Origin: an uncultured delta proteobacterium
GTDB lineage: Bacteria > Desulfobacterota > Binatia > UBA9968
Length of the DNA: 62,252 nt
Direction: 5' to 3'
Assembly: GCA_963840855.1 (NCBI GenBank)
Contig: CAWJBB010000032.1
Span: 1-62,252 of the forward strand
Shown here: positions 40,782 through 50,981 of the stretch, one piece after another
Numbering within the stretch: position 1 is the stretch's first letter
Layout: every line of letters begins with the position of its first letter
Notes under the pieces: model-generated
Seen by the model: the letters and a program-made list of their open reading frames with translations, nothing else
Databases searched by the model: none
Told to the model about the DNA's origin: nothing
Translations under genes and position numbers: made by a program

Positions 40782-41099
40782 GAGATCTACCTCCATAGAA
40801 TATGACCCAAAGATCTATTTAAGTGTGGACTTTATCGATTTGAAATGAAAGACCATCGCTGATAACTTTGATAGCTCCTGTTGCGGCGTACCGGTAGTTT
40901 GCGCCATTAGCGAGGAGGCTAGCTCACCGCAACCGATCACCGGGCCGATCCCGAGTAGACATGCCGCAGACGACGAGGTAGTCTGTGCCAACTCTTGAAC
41001 GGCGGAGGTGTAGAAGCTCATCAACAATCAACTGACCAAGCCCCCCACACGGTTATCATACTGCTGCTTTGGTCATCGCGGGTATCCAAAGGAAATACG

Positions 41100-41783
41100 A
41101 TGACGATTCAACAGACTCCTCAAGCCGACCAGTTCAAAGTCCAATTGCGCAATTCGCTGCAGCGGGAGACCATGAATGCTCACGCCATCAAGATTGCGCG
41201 ACACGCCAGCGTCTACATTTGCGGCGATCAAGACGAGATGGTCTACTTTATCGAGAGCGGACAGATCAAACTGCTCATGCTCTCCTCCGAAGGCAAAGAG
41301 TGCCTCCTTGCCATCCATAGCGCGGGAGATATTTTCGGTGAATTGTGTTTATCCGGGTTAGGCGCACGGCTGGAAACGGCGACGGCGATGAAAGCAACGA
41401 CCGTGAAACAGATACCTTGTGGCCAGTTTTTCGAGCGTCTTAGCCGCGACTCGCTGTTCGAGGGCTTCGTGCGCTACCTGGCGGTGCGCATCGCCGATCA
41501 ACAGCAGGTCATCGCCAACCTGGTGACGGTGGACAGCGAACAGCGACTGGGAAAAACGCTATTGCAGTTGGCCCGCACAATGGGCAAGAAAGACCCGCGC
41601 AGCATTCGCATCGAGCTGAAGATTACCCACGAAGAATTGTCCGAGATGGTGGGAACGACGCGGCCGCGGATCAGCCTGTTTATGCAAAGATTTCACAACC
41701 TTGGGCTGATAGAAACGAATAGAGATCACTTCCTCGTCATCAAAGAGAACAAGCTCACCCAATACCTTGCGCAGATCGCCTAG
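41100..41783 (+). CDS. Crp/Fnr family transcriptional regulator, copy 1
   Basis: cNMP domain VYFIESGQIK..GDIFGE; HTH HEELSEMVGTTRPRIS. Confidence 0.93.
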   Translation: MTIQQTPQADQFKVQLRNSLQRETMNAHAIKIARHASVYICGDQDEMVYFIESGQIKLLMLSSEGKECLLAIHSAGDIFGELCLSGLGARLETATAMKATTVKQIPCGQFFERLSRDSLFEGFVRYLAVRIADQQQVIANLVTVDSEQRLGKTLLQLARTMGKKDPRSIRIELKITHEELSEMVGTTRPRISLFMQRFHNLGLIETNRDHFLVIKENKLTQYLAQIA

Positions 41784-41825
41784 GACTCCGCGCCGCGCCG
41801 CTAGCGCATGGTCATTTTTTAGATT

Positions 41826-41841
41826 CGTCCAATATTGGACA
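41826..41841 (+). promoter_or_regulatory. Crp/Fnr-type box CGTCCAATATTGGACA upstream of desaturase
   Basis: palindromic core; GGGTAGAGT -10 places the centre at about -41.5. Confidence 0.8.
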
Positions 41842-41999
41842 GTAATTCCAGCCACGTACGGGTAGAGTCGCGATATAATTGCGACAAGGCATAAGCACCC
41901 TGAGTTCGGAACGAACTTCTCTTCGGCATGTGGTTGAGCGTCGGAGTCAAATGGGCAGCACTTTCGCGACGATGGCGATCAATAACTAAATGATTAGGG

Positions 42000-43076
42000 A
42001 TGTCTCGGCCAGAACAGGCTCTTGACAGCAGGGGGTGCGTAGTGTTCGTCCATGAAGATTCGGCCAATTTTAAAACAACCAAACCGGCTTGGTATCTGAC
42101 CACCGCCAAGTACCGGCAAACGAATCTCCGCAAATCGCTCTGGCAACTCCTCGATACGTTTGTTCCTTATTGCGTCCTTTGGGCGGCGATGATTTATACC
42201 TTTCAACAGGGGATTCCCTATTGGATCACTCTCGCGCTGGCGGTGGTGGCGGGCGGTATACTGGTACGTATTTTCATCCTGTTCCACGATTGCTGTCATG
42301 GTTCCTTCTTTGCGTCGCGCCGGGCAAACGTGATCCTGGGCTATGTTACAGGTATTCTTACTTTTACTCCGTTTGAACACTGGAGGTCTGCCCACAGCTT
42401 GCATCATGCCGCGGCGGGAGATCTGGACCGTCGGGGAGTCGGCGCTGTCTGGACGATGACGACAGACGAGTATCTGGCAGCGCCCCGGCTAAAACGACTC
42501 AGGTATCGGTTTTATCGGAATCCCTTCGTAATGTTCGGTCCGGGTCCCGCACTTGTGTTTTTGATCTTGCACCGATTTTCCAGCAAAGGTGCGGGAAAGA
42601 GAGAGCGCTATAGCGTGGCTTTCACCAACTTCGCGCTCTCGTTCGTCGCCGGAGTAGCGACCTGGACGATCGGTTTTCAGACGTATCTATTGATTCAGTT
42701 GCCCGTCATTCTGATTGCCGGCAGTCTCGGGCTGTGGCTGTTCTATATCCAGCATCAATTTGAGGGCGTATATTGGGCACGCAGTGAATCTTGGGAGCCC
42801 CTTAGAGTAGCGCTGGAAGGCAGTTCTTATTTCAAGTTGCCGAAAATACTACAGTGGTTCAGCGGCAACATCGGCCTACATCACATTCACCACGTTCGAC
42901 CGAGTATTCCCAATTACAACTTGCAACGATGTCACGATGAAATCCCGGTTTTCCAGGCGGTCGAAGCTATCACAATCCGGACAAGTGTCAGGTCTCTGCG
43001 ACTGGGCCTGTGCGATGAAAAAAACAAGAAACTGGTTAGTTTTCGCTCTTTGACGGCTCTTGACGCGAGAAACTGA
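42000..43076 (+). CDS. membrane fatty acid desaturase, copy 1
   Basis: His boxes HDCCH, HSLHH, HHIHH; QHQFE. Confidence 0.92.
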   Translation: MSRPEQALDSRGCVVFVHEDSANFKTTKPAWYLTTAKYRQTNLRKSLWQLLDTFVPYCVLWAAMIYTFQQGIPYWITLALAVVAGGILVRIFILFHDCCHGSFFASRRANVILGYVTGILTFTPFEHWRSAHSLHHAAAGDLDRRGVGAVWTMTTDEYLAAPRLKRLRYRFYRNPFVMFGPGPALVFLILHRFSSKGAGKRERYSVAFTNFALSFVAGVATWTIGFQTYLLIQLPVILIAGSLGLWLFYIQHQFEGVYWARSESWEPLRVALEGSSYFKLPKILQWFSGNIGLHHIHHVRPSIPNYNLQRCHDEIPVFQAVEAITIRTSVRSLRLGLCDEKNKKLVSFRSLTALDARN

Positions 43077-43492
43077 TGCGTCTGTGAATGAATAGTCATC
43101 GCTCTAAGTTTAATTCCTTGCAGCATTGAAACATGGACCTATTAGGTCTATGCTTCAACTAGAAGACGATGACTCGCCGCCGGCGTTCCGGATACGAGTT
43201 CTGCAACGCCGGCAGTTTCTGCTTAAGTAACTGGATTGATCGACGCAGGTCGCAGAGACTCACAAGGGAGATCATCCCTCGGCCATCCCACGCTACCGGC
43301 CGCTACGATTTCACGTCCCAGAGAGAGCGTTAGTTAGAAGAGCGCATTCGTTTCGGGCGAACCAACGAGAGAACCTTCGCTGGTAACCCGCCCCATCCTT
43401 CAAAACGATTCGCTACCGTCGAGGCAGTGATTCTGTCCCGCAGCGGTTCCCTTACCGCGCGCTGCGTCCGTCGGAAACGAGAGGAGGCTTTT

Positions 43493-43999
43493 ATGTCGTT
43501 GATCAACCAGTTGCCGGAAACCGTGTTTACTACGAAGGTAGACGAACTGCTTAATTGGGGGCGAGCCTCTTCGCAGTGGTACATGCTCTTTGGCTTGGCC
43601 TGTTGCGCCATCGAATTGATGCAAACGGGAGGACCCCGGGCGGATATCGACCGCTTTGGCGCCGTACCCCGCGCTACCCCTCGTCAGTCCGACCTGATGA
43701 TCGTGGCGGGGACGCTGACTTATAAGATGGCCAAGCGGACCAAGCTCCTTTACGATCAAATGCCTGATCCGAAATATGTCATCTCGATGGGGAGCTGCGC
43801 CAACTGCGGGGGGCTTTTCCAGCTTGCCTACTCCGTTTGTAAAGGCGTCGACAAAATCATCCCAGTAGACGTTTACGTTCCCGGGTGTCCGCCTCGCCCG
43901 GAAGCTCTGACAGAAGGGCTTTTGCGGATCCAGGACAAGATCATGCGGGAGAAATGGCTGGTTAAGAATAGCAAACATGAACCGGTGTCTGCCGGCTAG
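43493..43999 (+). CDS. nuoB: NADH:quinone oxidoreductase subunit B, copy 1 (orphan)
   Basis: [28 protein letters not shown]; GAGGAGG RBS. Confidence 0.93.
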   Translation: MSLINQLPETVFTTKVDELLNWGRASSQWYMLFGLACCAIELMQTGGPRADIDRFGAVPRATPRQSDLMIVAGTLTYKMAKRTKLLYDQMPDPKYVISMGSCANCGGLFQLAYSVCKGVDKIIPVDVYVPGCPPRPEALTEGLLRIQDKIMREKWLVKNSKHEPVSAG

Positions 44000-44017
44000 G
44001 CAAGCGGCGAATATCCA

Positions 44018-44098
44018 ATGATGGTTGGAGAAATTACCATCAGCGATCGCGCCGCGGAAAAGATCCAGGTACTGCCATTCACGACCATTGAGCCTTAA
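44018..44098 (+). pseudogene. N-terminal stub of an IscA/HesB-like protein
   Basis: MMVGEITISDRAAEKIQVL then early stop. Confidence 0.5.
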
Positions 44099-44143
44099 CG
44101 CAAATAGAATTCTCCAGGTAGAAAGAAAGAACCTGACATACTC

Positions 44144-46255
44144 ATGAAAATATCACTCAGTCGCTTTTTGAATCGACGATTTCCGCGCCTATCCACCCTG
44201 CGGATCGACAAAATACCGCCGAAAGCCGGTCCCGTCGAGCTTGTGAAGCAATTTCTTGCCAACCTACGAAGCAACTATGACGCTAAAAAGAAAACCAAGC
44301 TGCCGATGGAAAAGAATCAGCGGCGGTTCTCTATTGGGTATTTCATATTGGCTTTTTCGATCATGCTAATAGTCCAGAACTATTTCTTCAGTTCCCATGT
44401 TGAGATTATCAGCTACAGCCAATTTAAATCCCTAGTCAAAAAAAGCCTCATCACTGATCTTGCCATCGGCGAGACGACCATTCAGGGGGATATGAAGGGT
44501 GAGGGCGTTAAAGAGATTTTCCCGGCGGAGAAATTAAAGAGCATTCCTCAGGATGTAAGGGAAGGAAAAAAATCTTATCCCTTCTTAGCGGTGCGAGTGG
44601 AGGACCCTGGCCTGACTGCTGAACTTGAACAGGCAAAAGTACCTTTTAAAGGAGAGGTGACCAGTACTTGGCTGCCCACCGTCTTATCCTGGGTGGTTCC
44701 AGCGGCCTTATTTTTTCTAATCTGGAGCTATTTTACCAAGAAGATGGGATCAGGGAGCAGCGGCTTAATGCAGATCGGCAAGAGCAAGGCGAAGGTCTAT
44801 ATTGAGAAAGCAACGGGAGTAACCTTTGCCGACGTCGCGGGAATCGACGAAGCGGAGGAGGAAGTCGCCGAAGTTGTCGGGTTTCTAAAGGATCCGGATA
44901 AATATCAAAGATTGGGCGGTCATATTCCTAAAGGTGTTCTGATCATTGGGCCGCCGGGTACGGGAAAGACCCTGCTCGCGCGCGCCGTGGCTGGCGAGGC
45001 CGGCGTTCCTTTCTTCAGCTTGTCAGGTTCTGACTTCGTCGAAATGTTTGTCGGAGTGGGTGCGGCTCGGGTCAGGGATCTATTTCTCCAAGCGGTGAAG
45101 CATGCCCCCAGTATCATATTCATCGATGAGCTCGATGCCCTAGGAAAGGCTCGGGGAGTGAGCATGCTGACCGGCAACGACGAGCGGGAACAAACCCTCA
45201 ATCAACTATTGGCCGAGATGGATGGATTCGATCCGAATCAAGGGGTTATCATCATGGCCGCCACCAACCGGCCAGAAATCCTGGACGCCGCGCTCCTCCG
45301 TCCCGGCCGATTTGATCGGCAAATCCTGGTGGATCGTCCCGACATAAAGGGGCGTACCAAAATTCTCGAATTGCATGCGAAGAAGGTAAAACTCTCTCCT
45401 GATCTGGACCTCGCTGTCGTGGCAGCGAAAACTCCAGGCTTTGTTGGTGCCGATCTCGCTAACATTGTTAATGAAGCCGCCCTGTTGGCAGCGCGTCAGG
45501 ACAAAGAGTCCATCGAGATGGCGGAATTTGACGAGGCGATCGAACGGGTGGTGGCGGGGCTACAAAAGAAGAGCCACGTCATCAATCCGAAGGAGAAGAG
45601 AATCGTCGCCTATCACGAGTCCGGTCACGCGCTCGTGGCAGAGCTCGTGCCTGGGGCTGATCCCGTTTCCAAGATTTCCATTATTCCAAGGGGAATTGCC
45701 GCCCTGGGGTACACAACCCAGCTGCCGACGGAAGATCGCTATCTCATGACACGTTCCGAATTGCTCGCGCGCATCTGCGTCCTTCTGGGAGGAAGAGTCG
45801 CGGAGGAGATTGTCCTCGGCGACATAACGACCGGTGCGCAGAACGATCTCCAGCGCGCCACTGAGATTGCCCGGACCATGATTACTCAATTCGGGATGAG
45901 TGAAAAGCTCGGCCTGGCGTCTCTCGAAGGACCGCGGCGCTCCATGTACCTTATGGTGCCCACTCAGAGCCCCAAAGAGTACAGCGAGGAAACCGCTCGG
46001 TTCATCGATGAAGAGGTAAAACAATTGTTGTCAGGAGCGCATACCAAAGCCCGCGACATCCTGGTCGCGCACCGCTCGGCCCTCGAGGAATTGGCGAAGC
46101 TGCTTCTGGAAAAAGAGGTTGTCGACCGGCCCGCGCTGCAAGCGATTCTAAAAGTGCGGAGCATCGACAGCGTCAAGGAAAAAAAGAAATCCGCGAACAC
46201 ACTCGAGACTGGGAGTTACAAGAGCAGTATCGAACGCGAAATGCCGGAGGTGTAA
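44144..46255 (+). CDS. ftsH: ATP-dependent zinc metalloprotease FtsH, copy 1 (start may be 44306)
   Basis: 2 [30 protein letters not shown]. Confidence 0.95.
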   Translation: MKISLSRFLNRRFPRLSTLRIDKIPPKAGPVELVKQFLANLRSNYDAKKKTKLPMEKNQRRFSIGYFILAFSIMLIVQNYFFSSHVEIISYSQFKSLVKKSLITDLAIGETTIQGDMKGEGVKEIFPAEKLKSIPQDVREGKKSYPFLAVRVEDPGLTAELEQAKVPFKGEVTSTWLPTVLSWVVPAALFFLIWSYFTKKMGSGSSGLMQIGKSKAKVYIEKATGVTFADVAGIDEAEEEVAEVVGFLKDPDKYQRLGGHIPKGVLIIGPPGTGKTLLARAVAGEAGVPFFSLSGSDFVEMFVGVGAARVRDLFLQAVKHAPSIIFIDELDALGKARGVSMLTGNDEREQTLNQLLAEMDGFDPNQGVIIMAATNRPEILDAALLRPGRFDRQILVDRPDIKGRTKILELHAKKVKLSPDLDLAVVAAKTPGFVGADLANIVNEAALLAARQDKESIEMAEFDEAIERVVAGLQKKSHVINPKEKRIVAYHESGHALVAELVPGADPVSKISIIPRGIAALGYTTQLPTEDRYLMTRSELLARICVLLGGRVAEEIVLGDITTGAQNDLQRATEIARTMITQFGMSEKLGLASLEGPRRSMYLMVPTQSPKEYSEETARFIDEEVKQLLSGAHTKARDILVAHRSALEELAKLLLEKEVVDRPALQAILKVRSIDSVKEKKKSANTLETGSYKSSIEREMPEV

Positions 46256-46310
46256 AGGACTGATTGCGCGTCGATCGCGCATGATCGGTAGAATTTAGGA
46301 GGGAAAAACC

Positions 46311-46661
46311 ATGGAGAACGGAAAGGATCGCTTGGTAGAATCGCTGAAGTTTGACGAGCGAGCGAATGAAGACGGCTATTTTGCCGTGAAAGAACACGAA
46401 CTGATTGAGGGGCTCAAGACCGAATTTCAGAAGGATGAAGCAGACCGCCGGGAAGCGCGGATGGCGAGCTGTCCGAAGTGTTCAGGAAAGTTCGAGAAGT
46501 ACAGGTTTATGGGATTCGTTTTAGAGCGCTGTGAAAACTGCGAAGGGATCTGGCTGAAGAAAGGCGAGCTCGCCGGGATTTTGCGCCAGCAGGCGCGTGG
46601 TCCGCTGGGAGTCTTTCTGGATCGATGCTTTGCCAAAGCTGAAGTAGCCAAGAAGAGTTAG
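46311..46661 (+). CDS. zinc-ribbon (zf-TFIIB-like) protein, copy 1
   Basis: EDGYF N-terminus; CPKC...CENCEGIWL..GEL; AGGAGG RBS. Confidence 0.85.
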   Translation: MENGKDRLVESLKFDERANEDGYFAVKEHELIEGLKTEFQKDEADRREARMASCPKCSGKFEKYRFMGFVLERCENCEGIWLKKGELAGILRQQARGPLGVFLDRCFAKAEVAKKS

Positions 46662-46797
46662 ACCGAGCCGTACCGGTTACTGAATCCCGTGTAACCCCCG
46701 GAAAAATAGATAGTTAGCCCTGCTCCCGCAATACCAACCTACGCGTGTTTAGAGCGGCGGCGCCTGCGCGCAGCTGCTCAATCCTTTTTTTGGAAAT

Positions 46798-46813
46798 CGT
46801 TCAATACTGGACA
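46798..46813 (+). promoter_or_regulatory. Crp/Fnr-type box CGTTCAATACTGGACA
   Basis: motif match with upstream T-tract. Confidence 0.65.
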
Positions 46814-46939
46814 GAAATTTCCATCCGAGTCAGGTTAAGTCTGCAGATGACGAAGCCAAACCGGATCCTCGTCATCTGGACGGTCTTCCAAAAGGGGAAC
46901 TTCGGATCTTTTCTGTTTTCTTAGGTGAAGGGAGTCGAC

Positions 46940-47107
46940 ATGAAAGTAAATCGCAATGACCGCAGGATCAACTCCACCCTGGGAGAGCTGATAGCGGCTA
47001 TCAGCGAGGTAGCCTTTGAGAATGCCGCCGACACCAAAGAAGCCTACACTCTCGCTAGTTTGGTTTTGGTGGAGATTTCGAAAAAGGCATCTTTCAGAAG
47101 TGAAATC
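46940..47107 (+). pseudogene. copy 1 of small hypothetical gene, 3' end lost at the duplication junction
   Basis: matches 53777-53944, then diverges; reading frame runs antisense into the next gene. Confidence 0.7.
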
Positions 47108-47145
47108 AGCTGGAACGAGAGCTCACGATACGGGCCTCCTAACGA

Positions 47146-47619
47146 TTACGCAAGACGCAATTGCTTAAGCGATGCACGGGCAGGTCCCCCGCTTATATCC
47201 GGAATTATATTCAGTTCCAGTGTGGTCACGCCGTCCAGCTCAACAGAAAAATCTTCGACTTCGCTGGTCGTGTCGGGAGGGCTGAAGTTATATTGCTGGC
47301 GCACGATCTCGCGGTAAGACTGCCCCGTGTCTGCCGACCAGCGCAGCACAAACTGTTGGGTTCGCTCCCGGTCATTCTCCTGAAAGACTAAATTCATCCG
47401 TTTGATCCTCTGTGGCTCGTGAAATAACAGGCGGATCGTCTGCTGTCCAGGTCGTTCCGCCCGCCAGCCCGATCCGCCCGCCGGTATCAATGCCGACTCG
47501 ATCGGGTGCGCCGGGTCCTCGGAGGTCACTTCGACATCGGCGAGAGCTTCCAGATTCAACCAATGTCGATCCGCGGGCAAGATATCTTGAGATCCATGAT
47601 TGATGATCCGCTTACGCAT
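47146..47619 (-). CDS. galactose-binding-like domain protein, copy 2
   Basis: paralog of 40308-40781. Confidence 0.75.
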   Translation of the reverse strand: MRKRIINHGSQDILPADRHWLNLEALADVEVTSEDPAHPIESALIPAGGSGWRAERPGQQTIRLLFHEPQRIKRMNLVFQENDRERTQQFVLRWSADTGQSYREIVRQQYNFSPPDTTSEVEDFSVELDGVTTLELNIIPDISGGPARASLKQLRLA

Positions 47620-47936
47620 GAGATTTACCTCCATAGAATATAACCTAGAGACTGATTTAAGTGTGGACTTTATCGATTTGAAATGAAAGACCATCGCTGA
47701 TAACTTTGATAGCTCCTGTTGCGGCGTACCGGTAGTTTGCGCCATTAGCGAGGAGGCTAGCTCACCGCAACCGATCACCGGGCCGATCCTGCCTGGACAT
47801 GCCGCAGACGACGAGGTAGTCTGTTCCAACTCTTAAAAGGCGGAGGTGTAGAGGCTCATCAACAATTAACTGATCAAGCCCCCAGTGGGTTATCAGACTG
47901 CTGCTTTGATCATCGCGGGCATCCAAAGGAAACACG

Positions 47937-48620
47937 ATGACGATTCAACAGACTCCTCAAGCCGACCAGTTCAAAGTCCAATTGCGCAATTCGCTGCAGC
48001 GGGAGACCATGAATTCTCACGCCATCAAGATTGCGCGGCACGCCAACGTCTACATTTGCGGCGATCAAGACGAGATGGTCTACTTCATCGAGAGCGGACA
48101 GATCAAGCTGCTCATGCTCTCGTCCGAAGGCAAAGAGTGCCTCCTTGCCATCCATAGCGCGGGAGATATTTTCGGTGAATTGTGTTTATCCGGGTTAGGC
48201 GCACGCCTGGAAACGGCGACGGCGATGAAAGCAACGACCGTGAAACAGATACCCTGTGGCCAGTTTTTCGAGCGTCTTAGCCGCGACTCGCTGTTCGAGG
48301 GCTTCGTGCGCTACCTGGCCGTGCGCATCGCCGACCAACAGCAGGTCATCGCCAACCTGGTGACGGTGGACAGCGAACAGCGACTGGGAAAAACGCTGTT
48401 GCAGTTGGCCCGCACAATGGGCAAGAAAGACCCGCGCAGCATTCGCATCGAGCTGAAGATTACCCACGAAGAATTGTCCGAGATGGTGGGAACGACGCGG
48501 CCGCGGATCAGCCTGTTTATGCAAAGATTTCACAACCTTGGGCTGATAGAAACGAATAGAGATCGCTTCCTCGTCATCAAAGAAAACAAGCTCACCCAAT
48601 ACCTCGCGCAGATCGCCTAG
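47937..48620 (+). CDS. Crp/Fnr family transcriptional regulator, copy 2
   Basis: near-identical to 41100-41783. Confidence 0.93.
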   Translation: MTIQQTPQADQFKVQLRNSLQRETMNSHAIKIARHANVYICGDQDEMVYFIESGQIKLLMLSSEGKECLLAIHSAGDIFGELCLSGLGARLETATAMKATTVKQIPCGQFFERLSRDSLFEGFVRYLAVRIADQQQVIANLVTVDSEQRLGKTLLQLARTMGKKDPRSIRIELKITHEELSEMVGTTRPRISLFMQRFHNLGLIETNRDRFLVIKENKLTQYLAQIA

Positions 48621-48662
48621 GACTCCGCGCCGCTCCGCTAGCGCATGGTCATTTTTTAAATT

Positions 48663-48678
48663 CGTCCAATATTGGACA
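48663..48678 (+). promoter_or_regulatory. Crp/Fnr-type box CGTCCAATATTGGACA
   Basis: duplicate of the 41826 box. Confidence 0.8.
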
Positions 48679-48837
48679 GTAATTCCAGCCACGTCACGGG
48701 TAGAGTCGCGATATAATTGCGACAAGGCATAAGCACCCTGAGTTCGGAACGAACTTCTCTTCGGCATGTGGTTGAGCGTCGGAGTCAATTGGGCAGCACT
48801 TTCGCGACGATGGCGATCAATAACTAAATGATTAGGG

Positions 48838-49914
48838 ATGTCTCGGCCAGAACAGGCTCTTGACAGCAGGGGGTGCGCAGTGTTCGTTCATGAAGATTCG
48901 GCCAATTTTAAAACAACCAAACCGGCTTGGTATCTGACCACCGCCAAGTACCGGCAAACGAATCTCCGCAAATCGCTCTGGCAACTCCTCGATACGTTTG
49001 TTCCTTATTGCGTCCTTTGGGCGGCGATGATTTATACCTTTCAACAGGGGATTCCCTATTGGATCACTCTCGCGCTGGCGGTGGTGGCGGGCGGTATACT
49101 GGTACGTATTTTCATCCTGTTCCACGATTGCTGTCATGGTTCCTTCTTTGCGTCGCGCCGGGCAAACGTGATCCTGGGCTATGTTACAGGTATTCTTACT
49201 TTTACGCCGTTTGAACACTGGAGGTCTGCCCACAGCTTGCATCATGCCGCGGCGGGAGATCTGGACCGTCGGGGAGTCGGCGCTGTCTGGACGATGACGA
49301 CAGACGAGTATCTGGCAGCGCCCCGGCTAAAACGACTCAGGTATCGGATCTATCGGAATCCCTTCGTAATGTTCGGTCCGGGTCCCGCACTTGTGTTTTT
49401 GATCTTGCACCGATTTTCCAGCAAAGGCGCGGGAAAGAGAGAGCGCTATAGCGTGGCTTTCACCAACTTCGCGCTCTCGTTCGTCGCCGGAGTGGCGACC
49501 TGGACGATCGGTTTTCAGACGTATCTATTGATTCAGTTGCCCGTCATTCTGATTGCCGGCAGTCTCGGGCTGTGGCTGTTCTATATCCAGCATCAATTTG
49601 AGAGCGTATATTGGGCACGCCGCGAATCTTGGGAGCCACTTAGAGTAGCGCTGGAAGGCAGTTCTTATTTCAAGTTGCCGAAAATACTACAGTGGTTCAG
49701 CGGCAACATCGGCCTACATCACATTCACCACGTTCGACCGAGTATTCCCAATTACAACTTGCAACGATGTCACGATGAAATCCCGGTTTTCCAGGCGGTC
49801 AAAGCCATCACAATCCGGACAAGTGTCAGGTCTCTCCGACTGGGCCTGTGCGATGAAAAAAACAAGAAACTGGTTAGTTTTCGCTCTTTGACGGCTCTTG
49901 ATGCGAGAAACTGA
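48838..49914 (+). CDS. membrane fatty acid desaturase, copy 2
   Basis: three His boxes. Confidence 0.92.
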   Translation: MSRPEQALDSRGCAVFVHEDSANFKTTKPAWYLTTAKYRQTNLRKSLWQLLDTFVPYCVLWAAMIYTFQQGIPYWITLALAVVAGGILVRIFILFHDCCHGSFFASRRANVILGYVTGILTFTPFEHWRSAHSLHHAAAGDLDRRGVGAVWTMTTDEYLAAPRLKRLRYRIYRNPFVMFGPGPALVFLILHRFSSKGAGKRERYSVAFTNFALSFVAGVATWTIGFQTYLLIQLPVILIAGSLGLWLFYIQHQFESVYWARRESWEPLRVALEGSSYFKLPKILQWFSGNIGLHHIHHVRPSIPNYNLQRCHDEIPVFQAVKAITIRTSVRSLRLGLCDEKNKKLVSFRSLTALDARN

Positions 49915-50330
49915 TGCGTCTGTGAATGAATAGTCATCGCTCTAAGTTTAATTCCTTGCAGCATTGAAACATGGACCTATTAGGTCTATGCTTCAACCAG
50001 AAGACGATGACTCGCCGCCGGCGTTGCAGAGACGAGTTCTGCAAGCCGGCAGTCTCTGCTTAGGTAACTGGATCGATCGACGCAGGTCGCAGAGACTCGC
50101 AAGGGAGATCATCCCTCGGCCATCCCCACGCTACCGGCCGCTACGATTTCACGTCCCAGAGAGAGCGTTAGCTAGAAGAGCGCATTCGTTTCGGGCGAAC
50201 CAACGAGAGAACCTTCGCTGGTAACCCGCCCCATCCTTCAAAACGATTCGCTGCCGTCGAGGCAGTGATTCTGTCCCGCAGCGGTTCCCTTGCCACGCGC
50301 TGCGTCCGTCGGAAACGAGAGGAGGCTTTT

Positions 50331-50837
50331 ATGTCGTTGATCAACCAGTTGCCGGAAACCGTGTTTACTACAAAGGTAGACGAACTGCTTAATTGGGGGC
50401 GAGCCTCTTCGCAGTGGTACATGCTTTTTGGCTTGGCCTGTTGCGCCATCGAATTGATGCAAACGGGAGGACCCCGGGCGGATATCGACCGCTTTGGCGC
50501 CGTACCCCGCGCTACCCCTCGTCAGTCCGACCTGATGATCGTGGCGGGGACGCTGACTTATAAGATGGCCAAGCGGACCAAGCTCCTTTACGATCAAATG
50601 CCCGATCCGAAATATGTCATCTCGATGGGGAGCTGCGCCAACTGCGGGGGGCTTTTTCAGCTTGCCTACTCCGTTTGTAAAGGCGTCGACAAAATCATCC
50701 CGGTAGACGTTTACGTTCCCGGGTGTCCGCCCCGCCCGGAAGCTCTGACAGAAGGGCTTTTGCGGATCCAGGACAAGATCATGCGGGAGAAATGGCTGGT
50801 TAAGAATAGCAAACATGAGCCGGTGTCTGCAGGCTAG
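50331..50837 (+). CDS. nuoB: NADH:quinone oxidoreductase subunit B, copy 2 (orphan)
   Basis: same motifs as copy 1. Confidence 0.93.
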   Translation: MSLINQLPETVFTTKVDELLNWGRASSQWYMLFGLACCAIELMQTGGPRADIDRFGAVPRATPRQSDLMIVAGTLTYKMAKRTKLLYDQMPDPKYVISMGSCANCGGLFQLAYSVCKGVDKIIPVDVYVPGCPPRPEALTEGLLRIQDKIMREKWLVKNSKHEPVSAG

Positions 50838-50981
50838 GCAAGCGGCGAATATCCAATGATGGTTGGAGAAATTACCATCAGCGATCGCGCCGCGGAAAAG
50901 ATCCAGGTACTGCCATTCACGACCATTGAGCCTTAACGCAAATAGAATTCTCCAGGTAGAAAGAAAGAACCTGACATACTC

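Noticed and set aside
40995-41099. Autoregulatory box upstream of crp copies 1 and 2, and the N-terminal ORF extension
   Set aside because: No box found there; the extension is not conserved in copy 2, so the start was set at 41100
43135-43150. GGACCTATTAGGTCT palindrome as an extra box or enhancer
   Set aside because: Half-sites and spacing fit neither motif, and it recurs only through the duplication
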